Source: Bacillota bacterium (GTDB lineage Bacteria; Bacillota; Clostridia; Ch29). Taken from it: a stretch of 64,000 nt of DNA. The notes beneath the pieces were generated by a model. It had not been told where the DNA came from. It ran no database searches and saw only the letters and a list, made by a program, of their open reading frames with translations. Made by a program: the position numbers and the translations under genes. Positions 47,983-58,183 of this stretch are shown piece after piece. Position 1 is the stretch's first letter. Every line of letters begins with the position of its first letter. The stretch is taken from assembly GCA_028686075.1 (NCBI GenBank), contig JAQUCT010000002.1, positions 3,432-67,431 on the forward strand, written 5' to 3'.

Positions 47983-49148
47983 TACTTATCACCTTCCCTT
48001 TCTACCATAGCGGCAGCTTGCTGCCTGCTCCATACATCCCAGTATATTATATCGTCTAAACATGGGTTTTTATGATTATTATGTTTTTCCATAACCCTTT
48101 CCACCACCGCCGGCATAGAATTAAAAGATATGACACCCCTTAAAAATAGGTCAACGGCCACTTCGTTGGCCCCGTTAAGTACGACCGTCATGGTCCCGCC
48201 GGCCTCAAGGGCTTGGTAGGCCAATCTCAAGGCTGGAAAGCTTTCCACATCCGGTCTTAAGAATTCCAGATTTCCCGCCAGCACCGGGTTGTACCGTGGC
48301 AGTCCCGAGGGCTTTCTTTCGGGGTAGTTCAGAGCGTATTGTATCGGTAATCTCATGTCCGGGTTCCCCAACTGCGCCAAAACTGCTCCGTCTACCATTT
48401 CCACCATGGAATGGACAATGCTTTGAGGGTGTATTACCACCTCTATCCTGTCGGCGCCAAGCCCGAACAGCCACCTTGCCTCAATAACTTCCAGGCCTTT
48501 GTTCATTAGGGTTGCAGAGTCTATCGAAATCTTCTTACCCATCCTCCAATTGGGATGCTTAAGGGCTTCCGAAGGTGTCACATTCTTTAGCTGGGTGCGG
48601 TTTTTTCCCCTGAAGGGCCCCCCCGATGCGGTAAGTAAAAGCCTGCTTACCTGGGAGACCGGTGTGGAACCTATACACTGAAAAATTGCCGAATGCTCGC
48701 TGTCTACCGGTATAACATCTAGTGCCTTTTTTGCTGCCAGGTCCATTACCAGCTGCCCTCCGGTAACCAGAGTCTCCTTATTGGCAAGGGCGACATCTTT
48801 TCCCTCCTCAAGGGCTTTAAGGGTTGGTATAAGCCCCGCCATGCCCACAATACCATTTACCACCATATCACAGCCGCTTTCGGTGGCACATTTTATTATG
48901 CCATCTTCTCCGCCTAGCACCGCGGTGCCGGCGTCCTCACCAAGGTTTTGGCGCAACCTTTGGGCCCTTTCTTCGTCCAAAAGAGCTACCAAAGACGGTT
49001 TATGCTGTCTTATCTGCTCCAGCATTAAAGAATCGTTTTCCCTGGCGGCCAGGGAAACGATTTTAAATTCCTCCGGCCTGCTTGCTACAACCTGCAAAGT
49101 CTGTCGGCCTATTGAGCCGGTGCTGCCCAAAACCGCTATTTTTTTCAT
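47967..49148 (-). CDS. dxr: 1-deoxy-D-xylulose 5-phosphate reductoisomerase
   Basis: KKIAVLGSTGSIG NADPH-binding N-terminus; 393 aa. Confidence 0.95.
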   Translation of the reverse strand: MKKIAVLGSTGSIGRQTLQVVASRPEEFKIVSLAARENDSLMLEQIRQHKPSLVALLDEERAQRLRQNLGEDAGTAVLGGEDGIIKCATESGCDMVVNGIVGMAGLIPTLKALEEGKDVALANKETLVTGGQLVMDLAAKKALDVIPVDSEHSAIFQCIGSTPVSQVSRLLLTASGGPFRGKNRTQLKNVTPSEALKHPNWRMGKKISIDSATLMNKGLEVIEARWLFGLGADRIEVVIHPQSIVHSMVEMVDGAVLAQLGNPDMRLPIQYALNYPERKPSGLPRYNPVLAGNLEFLRPDVESFPALRLAYQALEAGGTMTVVLNGANEVAVDLFLRGVISFNSMPAVVERVMEKHNNHKNPCLDDIIYWDVWSRQQAAAMVEREGDKYWHRQ

Positions 49149-49345
49149 AGTTTCATTCCCTCCGGCAAATATTTAAACCCGAAAGCTTTATGGTATACAG
49201 GCGGGCGGTCAAAGACCGCCCCTACATGTTTATAAACCGGTATTGTAGGGAAGACCTGCGGTCACCCATTTATTGGCCGCCATGGATATACCATATGCAG
49301 GGGAAACCTGCGGTCGCACTTTTATTGCACATTGTAATTATATCA

Positions 49346-50191
49346 CTAACTACTAACCAGCATTCCTATAATATAGTATACTACCGGCACGGTAAACAAT
49401 ATACTGTCAAACCGGTCTAAAACGCCTCCGTGTCCCGGCATAAGGTTTCCAAAGTCCTTTACCCCGGCATATCTTTTCAGGATTGAAGCGGCCAGGTCCC
49501 CCAGTTGGCCCATAATACCGCCTATGAGCCCAACGAACGCAAGCATTAGTAAGCTTAAGTCCAATCGGTACAGTTCCAGTACGATAAGCCCGAAGGCAAC
49601 CGAACCCAAAACGCTGCCAAGAAGGCCGCCTATTGCCCCCTCCACCGATTTTTTGGGGCTAATCCGCGGGCACAGCTTGTGCCTTCCAAGGTTTATTCCT
49701 ACGAAATAGGCGAAGGTGTCCCCCAGCCACGCAATTACAAATACAAGCCATATAATAATATGCCCCTGCTCAAGGGAATACACAAATAGAAGCATGCTTA
49801 AAAGAATCGAAACATAAACTATACCTACCAGGGTGACCCCGAGGTCCAGAATACGTGCCCTGTTTTGAACTATCATAATGGCAAAACACACCAGCGTGCA
49901 TACAATCATCACGGTTGACGCATGAGCCAGTGCCGCCTGCCCGTACACACCGGCAGATATATTTATGACCACACCGGAAATAAGCCCCGCCGCCTGGAAG
50001 GGGAAAATATCCACCCTCTTGAAAATGCCGTAAAACTCCCTCAGAGCAATAGAGGAAACTATTACCAGGGCAGCGGTCAGCATTTTCTCCCCTGAGGCAA
50101 GTACAAATACCAATAATGGTATCCCCAACAGAGCACTGAGTATTCTAATCCACACTGTCAACCCCTCCGTATCTTCTGTCCCGCCTTGCAT
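49346..50191 (-). CDS. cdsA: Phosphatidate cytidylyltransferase
   Basis: Polytopic CTP-transferase family with the C-terminal signature region. Confidence 0.88.
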   Translation of the reverse strand: MQGGTEDTEGLTVWIRILSALLGIPLLVFVLASGEKMLTAALVIVSSIALREFYGIFKRVDIFPFQAAGLISGVVINISAGVYGQAALAHASTVMIVCTLVCFAIMIVQNRARILDLGVTLVGIVYVSILLSMLLFVYSLEQGHIIIWLVFVIAWLGDTFAYFVGINLGRHKLCPRISPKKSVEGAIGGLLGSVLGSVAFGLIVLELYRLDLSLLMLAFVGLIGGIMGQLGDLAASILKRYAGVKDFGNLMPGHGGVLDRFDSILFTVPVVYYIIGMLVSS

Positions 50192-50867
50192 AGTCCTTCA
50201 GTGCCTTTTCAAACATCTCAGTGGTAAAGTCCGGCCAGTAGCAGTCGGAAAACCAAAACTCTGAATAGGCTATCTGCCAAAGCAGGAAATTGCTAATCCT
50301 CAGTTCGCCGCTAGGCCTTATTACCAAATCCGGATTGGGCATCCCCCTGGTATACAGATAGTTTTCGAAAAAATGCTGGTCAATATCCTTAATGCCGGCA
50401 TTACCGGTGCATATGTCTTCGGCTATGTTCTTCACAGCCCTTAATATTTCGTTCCGTCCACCATAGTTAATAGCCACGCTGAGAACCATACCGTCATTAT
50501 GGGCGGTTTCAGCCACCGCTTTTTTCAGTTCCTGCTGTACCACAGCCTGAAGCTGGTAAACATCCCCCAGTATATTCAGTTTGATATTATTGCTTTTCAG
50601 TTCCCCTAGTTCGCTTCTTAAATACTCCATTAGCAGGTTCATAAGGTTTTTGATTTCCAGTTCCGGCCTTTTCCAGTTTTCGGTGGAAAACGCATACAGA
50701 GTCAGGTACTTAAGACCTATCTTGCGGGAGTATTTAACAATTTCCTTCAGTGCAAGCACCCCCGCCCTGTGACCCTGCACCCTGGGCAGTCCTCTTTTCC
50801 TGGCCCATCTTCCGTTACCGTCCATTATTACGGCAACATGCCTTGGATATTCGGTTTTGTCGTCCAT
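50145..50867 (-). CDS. uppS: Isoprenyl transferase (undecaprenyl diphosphate synthase)
   Basis: HVAVIMDGNGRWA motif. Start set at ATG 50867 (GGAGGT RBS). Confidence 0.92.
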   Translation of the reverse strand: MDDKTEYPRHVAVIMDGNGRWARKRGLPRVQGHRAGVLALKEIVKYSRKIGLKYLTLYAFSTENWKRPELEIKNLMNLLMEYLRSELGELKSNNIKLNILGDVYQLQAVVQQELKKAVAETAHNDGMVLSVAINYGGRNEILRAVKNIAEDICTGNAGIKDIDQHFFENYLYTRGMPNPDLVIRPSGELRISNFLLWQIAYSEFWFSDCYWPDFTTEMFEKALKDYARRDRRYGGVDSVD

Positions 50868-50909
50868 AGAAATACCTCCACCCGAAAACACCCCCTATAA
50901 AGGGGGTAT

Positions 50910-51095
50910 TTAACAAACAATCAACTCAACTAAGCCGTCTCTTTTTCTTTGCCCTATTACCCTTCCAACCCGTTCGCTGTTTCTTTGTCCCAAACAGGTC
51001 CCGGTGCTTATTACAGATATATTGTTAATTCCCTGTTCCTTTAAAATTTCAATGGCACGGTCAATAGTATAGCATATCAATACCGGAATTTCCAT
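50910..51095 (-). CDS. Hypothetical 61 aa protein between frr and uppS (could be a gene remnant)
   Basis: ORF only; no recognisable motif. Confidence 0.25.
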   Translation of the reverse strand: MEIPVLICYTIDRAIEILKEQGINNISVISTGTCLGQRNSERVGRVIGQRKRDGLVELIVC

Positions 51096-51096
51096 T

Positions 51097-51654
51097 TTAT
51101 ATCTCCATTATTTCCGCTTCTTTTTTTTCTATAGCCTTGTCAACCGCCTCTATGTACTTGTCGGTCAGTTTCTGGACGACGTCCTGGGCTTTCTTTTCAT
51201 CATCTTCCGTCAGTTCGCTGCTTTTTTTCATCTTCTTTATATCATCGTTAGCACTCCTTCTTCCGTTCCGAATAGCCACTTTTGCTTCCTCACCGTATTT
51301 TTTAATGAGTCTTACCAGTTCCACGCGCCTTTCCTCGGTAAGCTGCGGAATCACAAGCCTTATTACCCTTCCATCGCTGTTAGGATTAAGCCCCAGGTCG
51401 GACTTAAGGATCTCCCTTTCTATGTTCTGCAGAGTACTGTTATCATAGGGCTGTATAATAAGGAGCCTCGGTTCCGGTGCGGAAATGCCAGCAATCTGGT
51501 TTAACGGCGTCGGCGTACCATAATAGTCTATGCTGATTTTATCCAACAGTGCCGGATTAGCCCTTCCCGCCCTAACCGTAGCCAGTTCATCCTGGAGTAC
51601 TTTAAGGGTTTTTTTCATCTTCTCTTCTGTTATATCGTGAACTTCCAGATTCAT
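51097..51654 (-). CDS. frr: Ribosome recycling factor
   Basis: 185 aa canonical RRF. Start set at ATG 51654 with an AAGGAGGA RBS (6 nt spacer). Confidence 0.93.
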   Translation of the reverse strand: MNLEVHDITEEKMKKTLKVLQDELATVRAGRANPALLDKISIDYYGTPTPLNQIAGISAPEPRLLIIQPYDNSTLQNIEREILKSDLGLNPNSDGRVIRLVIPQLTEERRVELVRLIKKYGEEAKVAIRNGRRSANDDIKKMKKSSELTEDDEKKAQDVVQKLTDKYIEAVDKAIEKKEAEIMEI

Positions 51655-51721
51655 TCTCATTCCTCCTTTGACCACCGCTTTATTTGTCCCCGATTGATAT
51701 TCTCTCGGGTTGTGACACATC

Positions 51722-52468
51722 TTACTGCCCCTTACCTTCAATGTCTCCGACTCGCTTGGGATATCCTATTGAGGTGCCTATTTTTTCTCCCATAACAACC
51801 CTTTTTATGTTATCCGAGCTTTCCAGTCCAAATACGATTATAGGGATACCGTTGTCCATGCACAGGGAGGTGGCAGTACTGTCCATCACCTTAAGCCCAA
51901 GTCTTAAAACATCAAAATAATTCAGTTTATCGAACTTTTTTGCCTTAGGGTTTGACTCCGGGTCCGAATCATATACACCGTCAACCTTTTTCGCCAGCAG
52001 AATAACCTCTGCGTCTATCTCTGCCGCTCTGAGGGCCGCTGTGGTATCGGTTGAAAAGAATGGGTTGCCGGTACCCGCTGCAAAGATAACCACCCTCTTT
52101 TTCTCCAGATGCCTTACCGCCCTTCTTCTTATGTAGGGCTCAGCAATCTGTCTCATTTCTATTGCTGTCTGTACTCTTGTTGCTACTTCCCTTTCTTCCA
52201 GCGCATCCTGTAGTGCCAGCGCATTTATTACCGTCGCCAGCATACCCATATGGTCGGCGGTAGTTCTGTCCATCCCTTCGCCAGACCTGCCGCGCCATAT
52301 GTTGCCTCCTCCAACCACAACCGCCACTTCAACTCCCATTTCTACTACTTCTTTAATCTGATTTGCAATGCGGTTTATGGTTTCAAAATTTATTCCAAAA
52401 CCCTTAGGTCCGGCCAAAGCCTCACCGCTTATCTTTAGAATTATTCTACTAAATAGGGGACCCGCCAT
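51722..52468 (-). CDS. pyrH: UMP kinase
   Basis: Amino-acid kinase fold; [10 protein letters not shown]-terminus. Confidence 0.93.
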   Translation of the reverse strand: MAGPLFSRIILKISGEALAGPKGFGINFETINRIANQIKEVVEMGVEVAVVVGGGNIWRGRSGEGMDRTTADHMGMLATVINALALQDALEEREVATRVQTAIEMRQIAEPYIRRRAVRHLEKKRVVIFAAGTGNPFFSTDTTAALRAAEIDAEVILLAKKVDGVYDSDPESNPKAKKFDKLNYFDVLRLGLKVMDSTATSLCMDNGIPIIVFGLESSDNIKRVVMGEKIGTSIGYPKRVGDIEGKGQ

Positions 52469-52568
52469 CGAAATACCTCCACATCTGTAAATTCTACCCT
52501 GTCCTTTGATTTCCTTTATTTTTTTAATGGGACACGACAGTGTCCCATTAACTATGTTCTTTTTAGGC

Positions 52569-53216
52569 TTATTTGTTGGCCTGGGCCATTACTTCCTCTG
52601 CGAAATTATCTTCCTTCTTCTGCAGGCCTTCACCCATTTCATACCTGGCAAAACGCCTTATGGATATGTTCTCCCCAATCTTTGCAACTGTCTCGGTAAG
52701 GACCTGCTGCACCGACACCTCAGGGTCCCTTATATAGGGCTGCTCCAACAGGCATACCTCTTCATAATACTTTTTGATCCTTCCCTCAACCATTTTGTTT
52801 ACGATATGCTCCGGTTTACCTTCGTTCAAAGCCTGCTGGGTGAGTATCTGTTTCTCCTTTTCAATCGTAGAGGCAGAAACTTCCTCCCTGCACACATACA
52901 GGGGTTTTGATGCGGCCACCTGCATAGCCATGTTTTTTACAAAGGCCTTGAAGTCATCGGTCTTAGCAACGAAATCCGTTTCGCAGTTTACCTCAATAAG
53001 TACCCCAATTCGCCCTCCCATGTGTATGTACGAATCCACTATACCCTCTGCAGTGATTCTACCCACTTTTTTGGCCGCAGCGGCAAGACCCTTCTCTCTT
53101 AGCAAATCTATAGCCTTTTCAATATCCCCGTTAGTCTTTTCTAGGGCCTTTTTGCAATCCATCATACCGGCACCGGTTCTTTCCCTGAGTTCCTTAACCA
53201 TTGCAGCTGTTACCAT
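52569..53216 (-). CDS. tsf: Elongation factor Ts
   Basis: UBA-like N-terminus [23 protein letters not shown]. Confidence 0.95.
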   Translation of the reverse strand: MVTAAMVKELRERTGAGMMDCKKALEKTNGDIEKAIDLLREKGLAAAAKKVGRITAEGIVDSYIHMGGRIGVLIEVNCETDFVAKTDDFKAFVKNMAMQVAASKPLYVCREEVSASTIEKEKQILTQQALNEGKPEHIVNKMVEGRIKKYYEEVCLLEQPYIRDPEVSVQQVLTETVAKIGENISIRRFARYEMGEGLQKKEDNFAEEVMAQANK

Positions 53217-53273
53217 TATTACTACCTCCTAAGTTTAAAGTTAAAAATTAAAGGCAAGGGCGAACCCTCACCT

Positions 53274-53978
53274 TTAATTATCCTCTGTAGTTTGTTCACC
53301 CTGTTTTGCTTCAAGTGCTGCGTCTGCCATTATTGAAGTTATCAGCTTAACGGCTCTTATTGCGTCGTCGTTACCGGGAATAACGTGGTCTATCTCATCG
53401 GGGTCACAGTTGGTATCAACTATGCTTACCAACGGTATTCCCAGTTTCCTGGCTTCCGCCACCGCTATTCTCTCTTTTCGCGGGTCTACTACAAATAGGG
53501 CTCCGGGGAGCTGTTTCATTTCCTTTATACCCCCCAGGAATTTTTCAAGCTTTTCTTTTTCGTGCCTGAGTTTTATCACTTCTTTTTTTGGAAGGAGATC
53601 GAAGGTTCCATCCTCTTCCATTTTGTCAAGCCGGTGCAGCCTGTCCACCCTTCTTCTAATGGTTTTAAAATTGGTCAGCATACCACCCAGCCAGCGCTGG
53701 TTCACGTAGGGCATTTCACACCGCTTGCACTCATCCTGGATTGATTCCTGCGCTTGTTTTTTTGTGCCCACAAACAGTATTTCCTTGTTTTCCGATACCA
53801 CGCTCTTTACGAACTGGTATGCGCTTTCAATCCTTTCAACGGTTTTCTGAAGGTCGATGATGTAGATTCCGTTTCTTTCAGTGAAAATGTACTTTGCCAT
53901 TTTGGGATTCCATCTTCGGGTTTGATGTCCAAAATGAACTCCCGCCTCAAGCAACTGTTTCATACTTACTACTGACAT
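53274..53978 (-). CDS. rpsB: 30S ribosomal protein S2
   Basis: 234 aa canonical S2. Confidence 0.97.
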   Translation of the reverse strand: MSVVSMKQLLEAGVHFGHQTRRWNPKMAKYIFTERNGIYIIDLQKTVERIESAYQFVKSVVSENKEILFVGTKKQAQESIQDECKRCEMPYVNQRWLGGMLTNFKTIRRRVDRLHRLDKMEEDGTFDLLPKKEVIKLRHEKEKLEKFLGGIKEMKQLPGALFVVDPRKERIAVAEARKLGIPLVSIVDTNCDPDEIDHVIPGNDDAIRAVKLITSIMADAALEAKQGEQTTEDN

Positions 53979-54085
53979 ATTTACACCTCCTATGGTTTTT
54001 AACCTCCACCCCTCTCATCCGCTGGGACAGCCCTTCGGCACCAGCCCCCGCTTCAAAGGGTGTGTGTTGTTCTGTTGCCTTGAGT

Positions 54086-54114
54086 AGTATACCACAGTTC
54101 CTATTTATTAGCAA
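54086..54114 (-). promoter_or_regulatory. rpsB promoter TTGCTA-17-TATACT with TGn extended -10 (minus strand), followed by a GC-rich structured leader
   Basis: Read from the reverse complement of 54086-54114. Confidence 0.55.
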
Positions 54115-54132
54115 TAATATTTTTGTAACCCA

Positions 54133-54561
54133 CTATATACCGCTGCACGTAATAATTTTGATTATTTCATCCAATGTTCCGCCTTTAGGTATACTGTATT
54201 CGCCATAGACAATATTCCTGTCCATTTCCAACTCAACGAGCCTTGTTTCAAATCCTTCCTTGTCTGAAATAAGGCCCTCATCCAGCAGAATATCCGCCAC
54301 ATCGCTACCCATAGCTCCTTGGGGAATAGCAACCGGGACTGAGTTATCCACTGTTTTTTTATCGTATTTCGAATCCTCTCCGGTATAGTCTTCCACCGGT
54401 TTTACTAATTCATCCCCTTCCTGTAGCACAAAATCCGGGCCGTCTTTAAAGGATTTGCCCTCTGCGGGTTCTACCGCCCCACTGAACAGGCCTGTCAAAA
54501 AGGATGCCATAATAAGGCAGACTCCCAGCCCGAGAAGTATAAGCTTAAGTGTTCTTATCAT
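54133..54561 (-). CDS. Hypothetical membrane-anchored protein (one N-terminal TM helix, acidic extracytoplasmic part)
   Basis: Start set at ATG 54561 (MIRTLKLILLGLG...). Confidence 0.4.
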   Translation of the reverse strand: MIRTLKLILLGLGVCLIMASFLTGLFSGAVEPAEGKSFKDGPDFVLQEGDELVKPVEDYTGEDSKYDKKTVDNSVPVAIPQGAMGSDVADILLDEGLISDKEGFETRLVELEMDRNIVYGEYSIPKGGTLDEIIKIITCSGI

Positions 54562-55000
54562 TTTTCCCAACTCCCCGCTCGGCAAATTTAATAATAAGCT
54601 CCACCTCTCCCACACCTATGCCCAACCTTTCCGCAATCCCTTGTGGAGATTTACCTATGCTATGGAGTTCCAGAATGGTGTTTTTCCTGTCCCGGGGTTG
54701 CATGCCTTCGGCAGATTTCGACTTATCCTTATCTTGCTGCGGGTCCTCCTGCACCGGCTCGGATGTCGTAAGCATTTCTCTATAAATGCTTAGCATATTA
54801 TTATACTTTTTATCCATTTCATCCACTATTATGGAGGAGAGTTCGTTCAGTTCCTCTATAAGCAGTTCGGTTTGGGCGTTGGCGATTTCCAGTTCCCTTA
54901 TTTCGGACCTGTTTTTTACCGCCTCAATTATAAAAAGTATCACCGCCACAATAACAAGCCCTATACCCAAAAAAAGCAGTCCATAATTCATAGTATACAC
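54545..55000 (-). CDS. Hypothetical protein with N-terminal TM helix, coiled coil and C-terminal HTH-like segment; positional analogue of SwrB downstream of sigD
   Basis: Architecture and position only. Confidence 0.4.
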   Translation of the reverse strand: MYTMNYGLLFLGIGLVIVAVILFIIEAVKNRSEIRELEIANAQTELLIEELNELSSIIVDEMDKKYNNMLSIYREMLTTSEPVQEDPQQDKDKSKSAEGMQPRDRKNTILELHSIGKSPQGIAERLGIGVGEVELIIKFAERGVGKNDKNT

Positions 55001-55002
55001 CT

Positions 55003-55329
55003 CTATATCTTAATATCTATGGTACCGGAACCGCTGCCCCGCATTTCTTTCCCTTTTCTTTTTTTCTTTGAATCCTGTTTCCGGTTATGCTGGCTGCCGT
55101 TTCGTTCTTTGTTATTGTGTATAGCATTTTTCTCGGTTTTTTGCATATCCTTTACCTTACGGTTTTCCATCTGCTCCTTTTGTTGCAGTAGTTGAGCCTG
55201 CTGCTGCAGCTGCAGCCTTGTTTTGGAATCCTCCTGGTGCCTGCTTTTCATCACTTCCGCGGTTTTTTGCACAATAATCTGCATATCCACCGCTCTTAAG
55301 GTCATAGGACCACCTCCCTTACTTCTCAA
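55003..55329 (-). CDS. Hypothetical low-complexity Q/K-rich protein in the flagellar cluster
   Basis: ORF only; the true start is probably internal (MTLRAVDMQ...). Confidence 0.3.
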   Translation of the reverse strand: MRSKGGGPMTLRAVDMQIIVQKTAEVMKSRHQEDSKTRLQLQQQAQLLQQKEQMENRKVKDMQKTEKNAIHNNKERNGSQHNRKQDSKKKRKGKEMRGSGSGTIDIKI

Positions 55330-57085
55330 AAGAACCTAGCTTTATCTCCCCGCCCGCCCTATAAAAGGATACGTATTCCAGCGGGTCCTTTACATGCATA
55401 GTAGAGGACCCAATGTTTATTACCGTACCGGGGTAAACCACCTTTTCCGCAGTTACCCTGCCCTTGGAAATGGTATTTAGCTGTTCCTTAATCCTGGCCA
55501 GCCCGGTCTCATTCTGTTTTATATTCTCCTCCAGTTGGGCCTTTAGACCTACACATTTTTTGAGCAGTACCTTTTTGTTCTCTGGTACATAGCCCTTTTT
55601 TGCCATTTTAGCTATTAGGCTTATATTAAAATTTACCTGTTCCAGCGACCTTTTTTCCTTTTCCATTTTTTTAACCATTAGGTCCATATTCTTTCTGAGT
55701 TCCGGGTCCACTCCCACTTCCACCAGGGTTGTGGTGGCCATAGGGGATCCTATTGTTTTTGCCCGTATTTCATTTCTGGCGGCAACATTCCCGCCCACCA
55801 GCAGGCCCTTTTTACCCTTAAGTTCTATGGCGGATTTGCTGCTAAGAACGCTGTGCATTATTGCTTCGGCAACTATATCCCCTCCGGTCTCCACCTTACA
55901 GTTTTCAATAAACTTGGATACCAGTGACCCTTCACAAACAAGAACGCCCTTGCCTCTGCCCTGAGCCCCTCTTTTTAGTATTATATTTCCTCCGGACACA
56001 AGCCTTGCTCCCTCAACCACCCCGTTTACTTCTATATCACCTTCGGCATGTATCTCAAAGCCGGTAAGCACGTTACCCCTTACTACAACCTTACCCACAA
56101 ACCTAATATTACCGGTGGAATTGTCAACATTGCCCGGCACTTCATATACCGGATAAATGTTAAGCTTTCCATTTGAAAAATTCACCTGGCCGTCCTTTAG
56201 TGCCACCAGTCTGTCTTTGTCTTCGGTTATTTCTGTGTTTTTCCCCTTTGGCAGTCTTGCCGCAGTGCCCGCCTTCGCCTTTATTGGATTGCCCTTTACG
56301 TCCTGCCCGTCCGTTCCTTCGGTGGGAGGTATAAGCTTTGCAAGAATCTGTCCGGTTCTTACATTTTCAATAAGGCCCAGTTCATGAAAGTCTACCGTAC
56401 CATCCTCGCTTACGCTTAGTTTCCTTTTTTTGTCTACATCCACATTGTATTCTACGTACCCATTCTCTCCATCTTGTGGTTCTACAGCCCTAGCCACCTG
56501 TATTGGTATACCATAAACATTTTTCGTAACCATATCCTTTATATTGTTCCTATCAAGGCCCGCCGACACTCCGTTTTCATTGATAATTGACACCGCCCTA
56601 TCCTCTGTCAAGGGGTCGCCTCCGTCAGGAGGTATCATAACGGCGTAGGCCGATTTATCATCATTCGCTATTTCAACCGCCAGAGTAGCCGGGTATTTAA
56701 CCTCCAGCTGGCACGGCGCTATCTTTATGTTCACGCTCTCCTTGGCGTTTACCGCCTGAACAAGGGCAGCCTCGTCCACGTCTTTTACCTTTTTGTATTC
56801 CAGTTTACTCTTGATGTCTTCAGTTTTAATTCCATCCCCGTCCCCTAACGGAGGGTTAACCTTTAGGTAAACTCCGTCCTCTCGGTATAGCAGCCTAAAG
56901 TTCCCGTCCACGTTTGCAGGTATATCGCTAACAGGGGATACCTCCACCACAAACTCGTCCACGGAGTCGGCCTCTTCTGAATTGGTGCCCTTTACAAGGT
57001 ATATTTCAGCCATTTCATGGGTGACGTCAAAATACTTAAGGCCTTTATTTACCGCTTCCTGAAAGGTTTTTCCTCTAAACAGCAA
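55319..57085 (-). CDS. DUF342 / FapA-like (flagellar assembly protein A-like) beta-helix protein
   Basis: 588 aa with repetitive beta-helix segments (GNVxxGxxI); the usual position after sigD in Clostridia. Confidence 0.6.
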   Translation of the reverse strand: MLFRGKTFQEAVNKGLKYFDVTHEMAEIYLVKGTNSEEADSVDEFVVEVSPVSDIPANVDGNFRLLYREDGVYLKVNPPLGDGDGIKTEDIKSKLEYKKVKDVDEAALVQAVNAKESVNIKIAPCQLEVKYPATLAVEIANDDKSAYAVMIPPDGGDPLTEDRAVSIINENGVSAGLDRNNIKDMVTKNVYGIPIQVARAVEPQDGENGYVEYNVDVDKKRKLSVSEDGTVDFHELGLIENVRTGQILAKLIPPTEGTDGQDVKGNPIKAKAGTAARLPKGKNTEITEDKDRLVALKDGQVNFSNGKLNIYPVYEVPGNVDNSTGNIRFVGKVVVRGNVLTGFEIHAEGDIEVNGVVEGARLVSGGNIILKRGAQGRGKGVLVCEGSLVSKFIENCKVETGGDIVAEAIMHSVLSSKSAIELKGKKGLLVGGNVAARNEIRAKTIGSPMATTTLVEVGVDPELRKNMDLMVKKMEKEKRSLEQVNFNISLIAKMAKKGYVPENKKVLLKKCVGLKAQLEENIKQNETGLARIKEQLNTISKGRVTAEKVVYPGTVINIGSSTMHVKDPLEYVSFYRAGGEIKLGSFEK

Positions 57086-57099
57086 TTAACAAACACCCC

Positions 57100-57870
57100 C
57101 TAAATGGTTAAATCAGCCCTATGTACCGAAAGGCGGTTTCTCATTCTCAAAACCGCCCTGGTATGCAACTGAGATACCCTGGACTCTGAAATGTCCAGTA
57201 CTTCCCCTATTTCTTTATAGGTAAGCCCTTCGTAATAATACAGCGTAATAAGCAATCTTTCCCTTTCCGGGAGGTTCTCTATCGATTCCTTCAGCAGCCT
57301 TTTTACCTCTTTGACTTCAAACTGTTCCTCCGGCCGACTGCAATGGGAATCGCCGCTTTCTTCGTTTAATGCGGATGCCCTTGTTTCCATCCTGTTTTCA
57401 AACAATTCCTCCAGCGACAGCACCGACAGCGTACTTATGTCTCCCAGAGTTTTTAAAAAGATCTCCTTTTCTACACCTATGAATTCTGCCACCTCACTAT
57501 CGGTAGGTGCCCTTCCCAGCTTTGTCTCCAGGTCGCTGTACGCACCTTCTATCTGCCTGGCCTTCTGCCTCAGAGAACGGGGTGCCCAGTCAATCTTCCG
57601 GAGCTGATCTATCATTGCCCCCCGTATTCTCATTTGCGCATAGGTCTCGAACTTTACTTTCTTTTCAAGGTCAAATTTTTCCAGGGCGTCCATAAGTCCT
57701 AAAACTCCATAACTTACCAAATCGTCCATTTCTACGCTACCTGCTCTTATGGTACTCTTAAGACGGCCGGCAGTTATTCTAACCAGTGGAATATAGTGGT
57801 TTATAAGAATATTCCTGACTTCGCGGTGGCCGTTCTTTTTGTACTCGACCCACAGCTTTTTTATATCCAT
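57100..57870 (-). CDS. sigD: Flagellar sigma factor FliA/SigD (sigma-28)
   Basis: Sigma-70 regions 2, 3 and 4; 256 aa. Confidence 0.92.
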   Translation of the reverse strand: MDIKKLWVEYKKNGHREVRNILINHYIPLVRITAGRLKSTIRAGSVEMDDLVSYGVLGLMDALEKFDLEKKVKFETYAQMRIRGAMIDQLRKIDWAPRSLRQKARQIEGAYSDLETKLGRAPTDSEVAEFIGVEKEIFLKTLGDISTLSVLSLEELFENRMETRASALNEESGDSHCSRPEEQFEVKEVKRLLKESIENLPERERLLITLYYYEGLTYKEIGEVLDISESRVSQLHTRAVLRMRNRLSVHRADLTI

Positions 57871-57875
57871 TTTAC

Positions 57876-58178
57876 CTACTCCCTACCTTCTTGGTCCTGT
57901 TCCGCCGTCTTGATTACCGGAAACTTTAGGTCCTCAAACTCTTCATGGTCTAGGCTGTCAGGGGTTGTATCCTTTTCATTCTCCACGGGGCTTTTCATTT
58001 CACCGGCCAATACTGCCGAGATACAAAAGCCCAATATGTAAAAGGATACAACTGCTGGTACAATCCTATGCAGTGCCGTCACCGGCGAAATTCTCTTTGC
58101 TGCACTGACTAGAATCGAAATCACTAATGCAACGATTGAAAAATATTGCGGTAATTTTTTAAAACCCCTCATTATCAA
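57876..58178 (-). CDS. Hypothetical small membrane protein (two TM helices) between cheD and sigD
   Basis: ORF and hydrophobicity only. Confidence 0.35.
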   Translation of the reverse strand: MIMRGFKKLPQYFSIVALVISILVSAAKRISPVTALHRIVPAVVSFYILGFCISAVLAGEMKSPVENEKDTTPDSLDHEEFEDLKFPVIKTAEQDQEGRE

Positions 58179-58183
58179 TCACC

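Noticed and set aside
52535-52558. Perfect hairpin aatgggacac-gaca-gtgtcccatt between tsf and pyrH, looks like a terminator
   Set aside because: On the transcribed (minus) strand the hairpin is followed by an A-run, not a U-run, so it is not an intrinsic terminator for the tsf-pyrH operon. More likely an RNA processing or stability element. Not called as a feature.
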